From assembly GCA_017467105.1 (NCBI GenBank), contig JAFTSU010000028.1, positions 15,217 to 79,216 on the forward strand: a stretch of 64,000 nucleotides of DNA, in the 5' to 3' direction. This document shows, piece after piece, positions 41,302 to 50,083 of this stretch (position 1 is its first letter; the number at the start of each line of letters is the position of its first letter). Under the pieces are notes generated by a model. It had not been told where the DNA came from, made no database searches, and saw only the letters and a program-made list of their open reading frames with translations. The position numbers and the translations under genes are program-made. The DNA comes from Clostridia bacterium. GTDB lineage: Bacteria > Bacillota > Clostridia > Oscillospirales > CAG-272.

Positions 41302-42564
41302 TTATTTTTTGTGTCCGCACTCAGAGCAGAATTTAGAGGAAGCGGTATTCTCCTTGCCGCACTCGGTACAGAACCAAGAGGAGGCGGGCTTGGAGGCACC
41401 GCACTCGGAGCAGAATTTGCCTGTACATACGTTACCGCAGGAGCAGGTCCAGCTGTCAGAGGTGGGCTTTTTCGCTCCGCATTCAGCACAGAACTTACCC
41501 TCGTTAACGACTCCGCAGGAGCAGGTCCAGCCATTTTTCTTTGCCTGCTTATCTGCTCTGTCCATTTCCATCTGTCTGCGGTTGGTTTCCGACGCGCCTG
41601 CCATAAATCCGCCGCCCGCGTTCATGCCGAAGCCCATACCCATAAATGCCTGGGACGCGCCTGCGCTGTTGGAGCCTGCCGCCTCAAAGCCACGGGCGAT
41701 AGATCCCTGAACGTATCCCTCGCGTACGGTGGCGTCGCCAAGCATCGCGCCCTTGTTGCGCATATTAATAAGCTCCTTGGACTCGTCATCGTAGGAAACG
41801 CTGGCAACGCCTACGGACTGAACCTCGAAGCCGCGAGCGTTACGCCAGGACTCGTCAAGCTCCGTCGCCATATACTGCGACAGCTCTCTGGATTTTGAGG
41901 CTACGTGTGAAATACGGATGCCGTCAACGCTCATCTTATTGATAGCGGCAGTTAATGCCTCCAGAAACTCGGAAAGATACTGCTCGTTGATCTCTGTGAT
42001 GTCAACTCTGTCAGAATTCTTGGGTATTGCCTCTGTGTAGAACTTTATCGGGTCGGTAATCTTGATAGAATAGGTTCCGTGGGCGCGAAGGAAAAGCTCT
42101 GCGTTGTAGAAGGAGTCGAAATAATTAACGGGGGTTCTGGTACCGAACTTAATGCCCTTGATCTCCTGGAGATTTATGAAGTACGCCTTCTGCGAATACG
42201 AGGGGGTTCCGCCAAATTTTATACGGCGAAAAGCATCCTTGATAGCCTCTCCAAACTGACCTGCGAAGAGAGAGGGCGTTGCGCTGTTATCTACCTTATA
42301 GTAGCCCTCCTCTGCGGTAAAGTCGATGACCTTGCCGCCCTCAACAAGCAACATAAACTGACCGGGATAAACGTGAATGACCGAGCCGTTGGATATGGTA
42401 TCCTCCGTGCCTTTTTTATTAGATGAACGCTTGTCTGACGCGCGAACCTTCACGCCCCGTGTGAATACGGTGGTATCGCCCATTTCATCTGCTTCTATTA
42501 CCTCAAGCCACTGATCTGCAAGCGCGCCGCCGATAGCCGAGAAGGTCGCTCTGATAATTCCCAT
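41302..42564 (-). CDS. SPFH/Band-7 'virion-core-like' protein (YdjI/COG4260-like) with three C-terminal zinc ribbons
   Basis: 420 aa. N-terminus MGIIRATFSAIGGALADQWLEVIE... and the SPFH body are typical of the YdjI family. A Gly/Met-rich linker is followed by WTCSCG..KFCAECG, WTCSCG..KFCSECG and WFCTECG..KFCSECG. Confidence 0.7.
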   Translation of the reverse strand: MGIIRATFSAIGGALADQWLEVIEADEMGDTTVFTRGVKVRASDKRSSNKKGTEDTISNGSVIHVYPGQFMLLVEGGKVIDFTAEEGYYKVDNSATPSLFAGQFGEAIKDAFRRIKFGGTPSYSQKAYFINLQEIKGIKFGTRTPVNYFDSFYNAELFLRAHGTYSIKITDPIKFYTEAIPKNSDRVDITEINEQYLSEFLEALTAAINKMSVDGIRISHVASKSRELSQYMATELDESWRNARGFEVQSVGVASVSYDDESKELINMRNKGAMLGDATVREGYVQGSIARGFEAAGSNSAGASQAFMGMGFGMNAGGGFMAGASETNRRQMEMDRADKQAKKNGWTCSCGVVNEGKFCAECGAKKPTSDSWTCSCGNVCTGKFCSECGASKPASSWFCTECGKENTASSKFCSECGHKK

Positions 42565-42567
42565 ATT

Positions 42568-43419
42568 TTAAACTCCTTTTGATTTTTCTTTTATTATACT
42601 ATGCTGATTTTTACTTGTCAAGTGATTTTTCTTGTACTTATACGGGGTCTGTCCGTATTTTTCCCTGAAGAGCCTTATGAAATAGCTGGTGTCCTCAAAG
42701 CCTGATTCAAGAGCGATCTCGGTAACCGGCATATCGGTGCTCCGAAGAAGCTTTTCCGCACAAAGAAGCTTGAGATCGTTACAGTACGCGCGAAGCGATC
42801 TGCCGGTCTTTTTTTTAAAAAGGTGGCTTACGTAGGAGTTGCTTCTGCCGAGCTTTCGCGCAATTTTCTCAAGAGAAACGTCTATTGGAGAATTGGAAAT
42901 GTACTTTAACATATCGTTTATCTCTCCCCGCTCGTCTTCCTGCTCGGGGAGCACCTTCTCGAGCATCAGACAAAGTGGAGGAATAAGCGTATCCGTCAGG
43001 CGAAGGGGAATCTCGTCTGAGGAAAGTGCATCCGTCCAAAGGATTCCGTCATAGCGTTCGCCCTCGCCGCCCTTATAGCCGCTTACGCTGACAAAGCCTA
43101 CCGCCTCTCCGTTATGACGTAAGGGGTAAGCAACCTCCGTTGCGGCGGCGTAGCAGGTATGTACCACCCTGTCCTTATCACGAAGCTCTCTCATAATCTG
43201 ACGGTTATTCTCCTTGCACCTCTCGTGCAGCAGGGGGTTGGAGCAGTGGATAGATCGGCAATAGGGATTGTTGTGAGAGCGATACGGCAAAAGAGCCGCC
43301 AGAGTATCCTCGTTTGCAAGCTCGTACATTTTCTCGGAAAGATGAACGAAAACGTAAAGCCCTTCCCTTTCTATAAGATGATCCATATATGCGGTGACTT
43401 TTTCTATGTATTTTCCCAT
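42568..43419 (-). CDS. AraC-family regulator with N-terminal PocR-type sensor domain
   Basis: The C-terminal double HTH includes SNSYVSHLFKKKTGRSLRAYCNDLKL..A..LL..T...V.EIALESGFEDTSYFIRLFREKYG.TP. The N-terminal Cys/His-rich region (HTCYAAATEVAYPLRHNGEAVGFVSVSGY) looks like PocR. ATG 43419 is preferred because the track start 43476 sits on the predicted transcription start. Confidence 0.75.
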   Translation of the reverse strand: MGKYIEKVTAYMDHLIEREGLYVFVHLSEKMYELANEDTLAALLPYRSHNNPYCRSIHCSNPLLHERCKENNRQIMRELRDKDRVVHTCYAAATEVAYPLRHNGEAVGFVSVSGYKGGEGERYDGILWTDALSSDEIPLRLTDTLIPPLCLMLEKVLPEQEDERGEINDMLKYISNSPIDVSLEKIARKLGRSNSYVSHLFKKKTGRSLRAYCNDLKLLCAEKLLRSTDMPVTEIALESGFEDTSYFIRLFREKYGQTPYKYKKNHLTSKNQHSIIKEKSKGV

Positions 43420-43478
43420 TTTGCATTTTCTTTCTATTTTCAAGCATTTTATTACTAGAAAATGTTGTTTACCCATAG

Positions 43479-43511
43479 TATAATTATAACGAAAAGGCTT
43501 AAATTTGTCAA
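43479..43511. promoter_or_regulatory. Back-to-back divergent promoters (araC operon / FAD-oxidoreductase operon)
   Basis: Minus strand: TTGACA (43511-43506), 17 nt, TATAAT (43488-43483). Plus strand: TATAAT (43479-43484) with a weak -35 TAGAAA (43456-43461). The two -10 boxes overlap by 2 bp. Confidence 0.6.
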
Positions 43512-43523
43512 TAGGAGAATACT

Positions 43524-45278
43524 ATGCTTGAAAGAAAAGAGATACGATGCGACCTTTGCGTTATCGGAGGCGGAATTGCGGGAATTTGCGCTGCGGTTTC
43601 GGCGGCAAGAGAAGGCTCGACAGTCGTTCTTATGCACGAGCGACCCGTGCTTGGCGGAAACGCATCATCCGAAATAAGAATGTGGATCTGCGGAGCGCGC
43701 GGAAAGGATAACAAGGAGACGGGTATTCTTGAAGAAATATTCCTGGAGAACGCTTACAGAAATCCCACTAAGAATTTTGCTATCTGGGACACCGTCCTTT
43801 ACGAGATCGTAAAGCGCGAGAGGAATATTACTCTATTACTTAACTGCACCTGTATGGATGCGGTGACAGAGGAGGGTGATTTTGCCGACGGGCGAACCGT
43901 CAGAATCAAGAGTGTTTGCGGATATCAGATGACGACGCAGAAATTCTTCGACGTTACGGCAGACTTCTTTGCCGACTGCTCGGGCGACAGTATTCTCGCG
44001 CCTCTTACAGGCGCAAGCTTCAGGATAGGAAGAGAGTCGAAGCAGGAGTTTGGAGAGAACATTCGCCTTGAAGAGTCAGACTCGATGACGATGGGTATGT
44101 CCTGCCTTATTCAGGGCAGAGAGACACACGGGGAGGTTGAGTATACTCCGCCCGCCTTTGCTACGCCACTTACAGCGGAGAACTTCATCGGTCGCGACCC
44201 CGACCTATACAAGGAAACCGAAAACTTCTGGTATCTTGAGCTTGGGGGCGACAGAGACTCTGTCGGTGACACCGAAGAGATACGGGACGAGCTTGTAAGT
44301 CTTGCGGCGGGTACTTGGGACTACGTTAAGAATAAGAGCGACGGAAAGGCGGCGAACTGGGATCTTGATTTCCTCGGATTCCTTCCCGGAAAGCGTGAAT
44401 CAAGACGAATGATGGGCGAATATATCGTCACCGAAAGAGATATTTCGGCAAACAGGGTCTTTGAGGACGAGGTAGCATACGGCGGTTGGCCATTAGACGA
44501 TCATCTCCCCGGCGGATTCTTCATCAAGGGCGCTTACTGGTCGAGCCTTGAGGTCGATCCTCCCTATTCTATTCCCTATCGGGCACTATATTCAAAGAAC
44601 GTGGAAAACCTGTTCTTTGCGGGAAGGAATATCAGTATGACTCACACGGCAATGAGCAGTATGCGGGTCATGGCTACCTGCGGTCTCCTCGGCGAGGCGG
44701 TTGGAAGGGCGGCAACACTCTGCGTAAAATACCGTCTTGCTCCTCACGGTGTATACAAGGAAAGGCTTACGGAGCTTCAGGAAAGCCTCCTTAAGGGTGA
44801 CTGCTTCTTACCCTCGAAGAAGAGGAAGATCGGGGCGGCGTGTCTTGCGTCAGAGCTTAACGCTCCCGACCTTCTCCGCAACGGAGAGGACAGAGCCCAC
44901 AGGATATACGGCACAACCGACGAGAGCGCGCAGTATATTGCAAAGGAGGGAGAGGAGATAATTTACCGTTTCGATAAAGGAAGAGTGAATGAGGTTCATA
45001 TTGTATTTTCAAGCGACCTCGCTAACAGACCTCTTGCCACGAGAGCCAACGTAAGGCTGGACGCTCCACTTCATCATCTGCCGACTACCCTCGTAAAGGA
45101 CTTCGCCGTTTACGGTGAGCTTGAAGGCAAAAGAAAAGAGCTTCTCTCGGTGGAAAACAACCGAAAAAGATGCCACCATATAAACGTAGGAGAGGAATTC
45201 GACTCGCTTATTCTCGTTCCGAAAAAAGGAAGAAGCGATGATCGTTCCATTCCCGTAATTTCCTTTGATTTTGTTTAA
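43524..45278 (+). CDS. FAD-dependent oxidoreductase (FAD_oxidored family, CAZyme-associated type)
   Basis: 584 aa. N-terminal Rossmann motif CDLCVIGGGIAGICAAVSAAREG and the downstream LGGNASSE motif. Confidence 0.7.
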   Translation: MLERKEIRCDLCVIGGGIAGICAAVSAAREGSTVVLMHERPVLGGNASSEIRMWICGARGKDNKETGILEEIFLENAYRNPTKNFAIWDTVLYEIVKRERNITLLLNCTCMDAVTEEGDFADGRTVRIKSVCGYQMTTQKFFDVTADFFADCSGDSILAPLTGASFRIGRESKQEFGENIRLEESDSMTMGMSCLIQGRETHGEVEYTPPAFATPLTAENFIGRDPDLYKETENFWYLELGGDRDSVGDTEEIRDELVSLAAGTWDYVKNKSDGKAANWDLDFLGFLPGKRESRRMMGEYIVTERDISANRVFEDEVAYGGWPLDDHLPGGFFIKGAYWSSLEVDPPYSIPYRALYSKNVENLFFAGRNISMTHTAMSSMRVMATCGLLGEAVGRAATLCVKYRLAPHGVYKERLTELQESLLKGDCFLPSKKRKIGAACLASELNAPDLLRNGEDRAHRIYGTTDESAQYIAKEGEEIIYRFDKGRVNEVHIVFSSDLANRPLATRANVRLDAPLHHLPTTLVKDFAVYGELEGKRKELLSVENNRKRCHHINVGEEFDSLILVPKKGRSDDRSIPVISFDFV

Positions 45279-45321
45279 TATTAAAACTATACTTTACATT
45301 TGTTTTTATAAGAGGTGCTTT

Positions 45322-47274
45322 ATGCTTAAAATTAACAAGATCTCAAGCGGTTCGGCGATTGATTTTGCCGCAGAGGAATTGAAGAAATATCTGCGTATGA
45401 TGATGCCCGAGGAGAATGACGTTGAGATTGATTTCAATCCTTTAGCAACCGACGGTTTCAGGCTCGGTCTGTTTTCCGATCTCAGAATTTCGGGCGAGGT
45501 AGAGGACGAGAAATTCGACGATTATCTTTACGCGGAGTGCGACGGGCGCGGCGGCGTTATTGCGGGAATCAACGCAAGAAGCGTGCTTCTTTCCGTTTAC
45601 GAATATTTAAGGCAAAACGGGCTTCGTTGGCTCTTCCCCGGCCCCGACGGCGAGTACATACCCGTCAAAGAAATCAATGCGGTAAGCTTTAAGATCAAGC
45701 CCTCCTGCCGTTACAGAGGATTTGCAAACACTACCGCGGCTTCCTACCAAAACAACCTCGATCTTATCGACTTCCTTCCCAAGATCGGAATGAACACCTT
45801 TATGGTAGAATTCCGCGTTCCCGTCTTTTATACCAACAATTACTACGAGCATAAAAGGAATGCGAAAAACAGAGCACCCGAAAAGCCTACCAACACCACT
45901 ATTCTTCAGTGGAAGAGAGGCACCGAGTGCGAGGCGGCAAAGAGAGGTCTCGTTTTCCATGACGTAGGACACGGCTTCTGCATTGATTCCTTCGGGATTG
46001 ACTCTTGCCATTCCTGGAATCTTACCGACGAGTCGGCTATCCCCGAAGAGGCTAGAAAATACCTTGCAGAGGTTGGAGGCAAGAAGGGCTTCTTTCAGGG
46101 AGTACCCATCAACACTAACTTCTGCATGTCAAACCCCGAGGCAAGAGGAATGGTGGCAAAATACGTTGCGGATTACGCCGAGGGACATAAGAACGTTGAC
46201 GTTCTTCACGTTTGGCTCTCCGACGGCACTAACAACCACTGCGAGTGCGTAAGCTGCCAAAAAAAGACCGCCTCAGACTGGTACGTTGACCTTCTCAACA
46301 ATATCGACGAGGTAATGACGGGAAGAAATATTGATACGAAAATCGTTTTCCTCTCCTACGTTGACACCTCTTGGGCGCCTACCGAGTCGAAGATAAAAAA
46401 TCAGGACAGATTCGTATTTATGCTCGCACCCTTTACCCGCTCCTACTACGACAGTATTCCTAAAGGCGAAATTCCCGAAACCTCCTCGAGGTACGAGAGA
46501 AACAAGGTTTACCTCGCAAGAACACTAGAGGAATTCTTAGGCTTCTATAACGATTGGCGAGAAGATTTCAAGGGTCCCGCCTTCGCCTTTGAATATCACT
46601 TCTGCTGGAACGAATACGACGACCTTTCCCGCTTCAAGCACGCAAAGCTTATCCACGACGAGATCTGCCTTTATCACAAAATGGGTATCAGCGGCGTGGT
46701 CGAGGACGGAGATATGAGAGCCTTTCTTCCGAACGGCTTACAGATGTATACTCTCGGAAGAACTCTCTTCGATACCGCCCTTTCCGCCGAGGAGATAGCA
46801 GAGGATTACTTCCGCCACGCATACGGCAAGGAATATGATAAATTTGCAGATTTCTTAAAAAAGCTTGAAGAGGTAATCCCCTTCGCTTACCTTGCTAAAA
46901 GGGCTTCGGCAAACCCCAAGGTCTCGGTCTACTATAATCCGGAGATTGCCGAAAGGATAGAAAAGGAGCTTGACGGTGTTCTCAGAGATGGTGAGCAGCT
47001 TGTTAAGAGCCGTTACAACAGTGATGTAAGAATTGAAACGGTGTCGGTAAGACTGCTTGAGCATTACATTGAGCTTGTAAGATGGTTTGGCAGACTTATT
47101 GCAAAGAAGGCGGTGGGAAACGAAGAGGAGGCGAAGGCTATCTACAATGAATTTGAAGAATACTTCGGCAAAAGGGAGTGCGAAATTGAAAGATACTTCA
47201 ATCATTGCTTCTTCTTCAGTTTCTTACATTATATCGTTTTTGACAACACGACGAATCTTGAATTCGTCCTTTAA
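45322..47274 (+). CDS. DUF4838-like protein (GH20/GH67-related fold, putative glycosidase)
   Basis: About 650 aa. The N-terminal SAIDFAAEELKKYLRMM signature recalls DUF4838. ATG 45322 with AGAGGTG SD is preferred over track start 45265, which overlaps the upstream gene. Confidence 0.45.
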   Translation: MLKINKISSGSAIDFAAEELKKYLRMMMPEENDVEIDFNPLATDGFRLGLFSDLRISGEVEDEKFDDYLYAECDGRGGVIAGINARSVLLSVYEYLRQNGLRWLFPGPDGEYIPVKEINAVSFKIKPSCRYRGFANTTAASYQNNLDLIDFLPKIGMNTFMVEFRVPVFYTNNYYEHKRNAKNRAPEKPTNTTILQWKRGTECEAAKRGLVFHDVGHGFCIDSFGIDSCHSWNLTDESAIPEEARKYLAEVGGKKGFFQGVPINTNFCMSNPEARGMVAKYVADYAEGHKNVDVLHVWLSDGTNNHCECVSCQKKTASDWYVDLLNNIDEVMTGRNIDTKIVFLSYVDTSWAPTESKIKNQDRFVFMLAPFTRSYYDSIPKGEIPETSSRYERNKVYLARTLEEFLGFYNDWREDFKGPAFAFEYHFCWNEYDDLSRFKHAKLIHDEICLYHKMGISGVVEDGDMRAFLPNGLQMYTLGRTLFDTALSAEEIAEDYFRHAYGKEYDKFADFLKKLEEVIPFAYLAKRASANPKVSVYYNPEIAERIEKELDGVLRDGEQLVKSRYNSDVRIETVSVRLLEHYIELVRWFGRLIAKKAVGNEEEAKAIYNEFEEYFGKRECEIERYFNHCFFFSFLHYIVFDNTTNLEFVL

Positions 47275-47291
47275 GGGTAAGGAGCAGAGAT

Positions 47292-48872
47292 ATGAAGGAT
47301 TTTAACGCTCGCGACTACGTTCTTTCGCTTACCGACGAGGAACTTTGCGGCGAGGTGCTTTCCTGGGAATTTACTCAAAGCACTACGAACGAGGAGCTGC
47401 TGAGGACGGTTAAGGAGAGTAAGATATCAAGCTTTTTTGCCAACAATCTTACTACAGAACAGATAGAATTTCTAAAAAAGGCTATAAAGGAAAATACCAA
47501 GTCGCCATGCCTTATTACGGCGGACGTGGAGAGAGGACCTATCCTCTTCCCCGCTCTTAAGGACTTTTCCACAAGTATGATGAGCCTTGGAGCGGCAGAC
47601 GACAAGGAGCTTGCCTTTGAGGTAGGAAAATATACCGCAAGGCTTTCAAGAGCTATAGGAATAGGTCTGACCCTTTCGCCCGTAATAGACGTTAATTATA
47701 ACGCTAACAACCCCGTAACCAACACGAGAGCCGCATCCGACGATCCTGAAACGGTGCTTAACTCCGCTTGCGAGTACGGGAGAGGCATGCGCAGCGAGGG
47801 CAACCTTGCTATTACATTAAAGCACTTCCCCGGCGACGGACTTGACGATAAAAACCAGCACTTCTCTACCACGGTAAACTCCAAGAGCTTCGAGGATTGG
47901 AAGGCAACTTACGGAAGACTCTATAAGACGATGATAGCCGAGGGGGCTGAGGCAATTATGTCGGCGCATATTGCGCTTCCCTGCTACGACGGTAGCTGCG
48001 ACGAGCTTGGGTATATGCCCGCATCCCTCTCGAAAACTCTGATGACCGATCTTCTTAAGGGTGAGCTTTCGTTTGACGGCTGTATAATTTCCGACGCTAT
48101 GAGCATGGTGGGTACGGCAGCAAGAGTTCCCGTGGAAAGGCTTTCGGTTGAATTCCTCCGAGCGGGGGGCGACCTGGTTCTATTCCCGGAAAAAAACGAC
48201 CACAGGAGAATTCTCGAGGCTCTTCATTCGGGATATCTTGAAAGAGAAAGGCTTCTTGACGCGGCACAGAGAGTCGTAAGGCTTAAGTACAAGCTCGGAC
48301 TCTTTGACGGAGCGAATTATAATCTCACCGACGAGGACGTTGACCGTATGAAATCACTCCTTTCCGAGGTGGCAAGAAGGAGCCTGACGCTTGTCAGGGA
48401 TATTGATAATATCCTTCCTTTAAATCTCAAGAATGGAGCGAAGGCTCTCGTGATTACGCTTTCTCCGAGGGAGAAAGGCTACTCCGGAGACGATTTCCCC
48501 TTCTTTGCGGATGAGCTTGAGAAAAGAGGCTACGAGGTAATAAGGCTGACTAATCCTACCCACTACCTCATCGACATGCTTATTGAAAAGGTTGACGCGG
48601 TGTTCGTCAATTCGATCATCGATACCTCAAACTGCTCGGGCAACAGCCTGAGGCTTGGATGGAACAACATGATGACCTTCTGGAGGGGATATATCTTCAA
48701 AAATAAAAACCTTGTATTCACCTCCTTTGGCGACCCATACAAGCTGACCGAGCTTCCCTTCCTTAAGTGCTATATCAATGCCTATATTAAGTCGGGCGCC
48801 GCAGCAAGGGCGGTTGTTGACGCAGTCCTTGGGAAAAATGAGTTCGTGGGCAAAAGCCCTGTTAGACTATAA
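47292..48872 (+). CDS. Glycoside hydrolase family 3 (NagZ/beta-hexosaminidase-like, two domains)
   Basis: 526 aa. KHFPGDG motif and nucleophile region GCIISDAMSM. Confidence 0.8.
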   Translation: MKDFNARDYVLSLTDEELCGEVLSWEFTQSTTNEELLRTVKESKISSFFANNLTTEQIEFLKKAIKENTKSPCLITADVERGPILFPALKDFSTSMMSLGAADDKELAFEVGKYTARLSRAIGIGLTLSPVIDVNYNANNPVTNTRAASDDPETVLNSACEYGRGMRSEGNLAITLKHFPGDGLDDKNQHFSTTVNSKSFEDWKATYGRLYKTMIAEGAEAIMSAHIALPCYDGSCDELGYMPASLSKTLMTDLLKGELSFDGCIISDAMSMVGTAARVPVERLSVEFLRAGGDLVLFPEKNDHRRILEALHSGYLERERLLDAAQRVVRLKYKLGLFDGANYNLTDEDVDRMKSLLSEVARRSLTLVRDIDNILPLNLKNGAKALVITLSPREKGYSGDDFPFFADELEKRGYEVIRLTNPTHYLIDMLIEKVDAVFVNSIIDTSNCSGNSLRLGWNNMMTFWRGYIFKNKNLVFTSFGDPYKLTELPFLKCYINAYIKSGAAARAVVDAVLGKNEFVGKSPVRL

Positions 48873-49124
48873 AGTAAAGCACCGAAGAATTCTATTAACG
48901 TTTGTTTGTCACAGCATCACATCAACCGGCTCATTAAGCAGGATACGGGAAAGACTCTGACCGAGTATATTCGCGGAGCGAGGATAAAATAAGCCAAGGC
49001 ATTGATGGCCGAGGCGACTATTCCAGAGACTCAAATAGCCGAGGAGCTTGGCTACTACGATTACAGCCATTTCTACAAGGCTTTAGTCAGCGAGACCGGC
49101 AAGTCGCCCTCAGGCATTCCGTAA
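48873..49124 (+). pseudogene. Decayed C-terminal fragment of an AraC-family regulator (HTH only, internal stop)
   Basis: In the frame that continues from the GH3 stop codon it reads ..NVCLSQHHINRLIKQDTGKTLTEYIRGARIK*AKALMAEATIPETQIAEELGYYDYSHFYKALVSETGKSPSGIP*. This is the typical AraC HTH2 region, interrupted by TAA at 48990-48992. It has no start codon and no N-terminal domain. Confidence 0.6.
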
Positions 49125-49133
49125 AAAAGTGAA

Positions 49134-49179
49134 AAATAAGCCCCATCCTTGCCAAACCCGGCTCGGACAGGGCTTATTT
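49134..49179. terminator. Bidirectional hairpin between the GH3 cluster and yebC
   Basis: AAATAAGCCC (49134-49143) pairs with GGGCTTATTT (49170-49179). T-runs on both strands. Confidence 0.6.
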
Positions 49180-49196
49180 TTATTTGCGGATCACTG

Positions 49197-49922
49197 TTAA
49201 TTATCCCAGTTAGTGAATACCGCGTTAACGTCGTCATCCTCGTTGAACTTATCGAGCATCTTCTCCATATTCTCGATATCGTCCTCTGAGGTGAGCTCAA
49301 CGTACGTAGAGGGAACCTTGGCAAGATCGGCTGTGTTGATCTTGTAGCCGAGAGCGATAATGGCATCACGGACGGAATCAAGATCCTGAGGATCGGTGTA
49401 GATAGAGTACTCACCCTCGTCGGAGCGGATATCCTCTGCGCCGCACTCGAGAGCATCCTCCATTATCTTATCCTCGTCTATCTCCTCATCCTCGTCTACG
49501 ATAGTTATAACGCCCTTCTCCTCGAAAAGATAGCCTACGCATCCGTTCTGTCCCAGGTTGCCGCCGTACTTGGAGAATGCGGCGCGAACGTTACCTGCGG
49601 TACGGTTGCGGTTGTCGGTAGATGTCTCTACGATGATGGCTACACCTGATGGACCGTAGCCCTCGTACACTATCTCCTCGTAGTTTATATCACTGTTGTC
49701 CGTGAACTTTTTGATAGTGCGCTGAATGTTGTCGTTGGGAACGTTGTTCGCCTTTGCCTTTGCTATCAGATCGCGAAGCTTGGAGTTGTTATTTGGGTCC
49801 GGTCCTCCCGCCTTGATAGCTACTGCCATCTCCTTACCTATCTTAGTAAAGATCTTCGCCTTGGCAGCGTCGGATTTCTCCTTCTTGTGCTTGATGTTAT
49901 TCCACTTGGAATGTCCTGACAT
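49197..49922 (-). CDS. yebC: YebC/PmpR-family transcriptional regulator
   Basis: 241 aa with the hallmark N-terminus MSGHSKWNNIKHKK. Confidence 0.9.
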   Translation of the reverse strand: MSGHSKWNNIKHKKEKSDAAKAKIFTKIGKEMAVAIKAGGPDPNNNSKLRDLIAKAKANNVPNDNIQRTIKKFTDNSDINYEEIVYEGYGPSGVAIIVETSTDNRNRTAGNVRAAFSKYGGNLGQNGCVGYLFEEKGVITIVDEDEEIDEDKIMEDALECGAEDIRSDEGEYSIYTDPQDLDSVRDAIIALGYKINTADLAKVPSTYVELTSEDDIENMEKMLDKFNEDDDVNAVFTNWDN

Positions 49923-50083
49923 AGTTTTTACGTGGGTCCTCAGAGGAAGACCGTATCTCCTTTTTTATTTATTAACTGGAACGTGGTGAAAGAGATGCAG
50001 GTAAGCCGTTTTGCCCGCATTCATCGGATAAAGGTCCTGCTCATAAGGTAAAACGTTTTATGAAACAGGTGAGGAGAAGCAGA

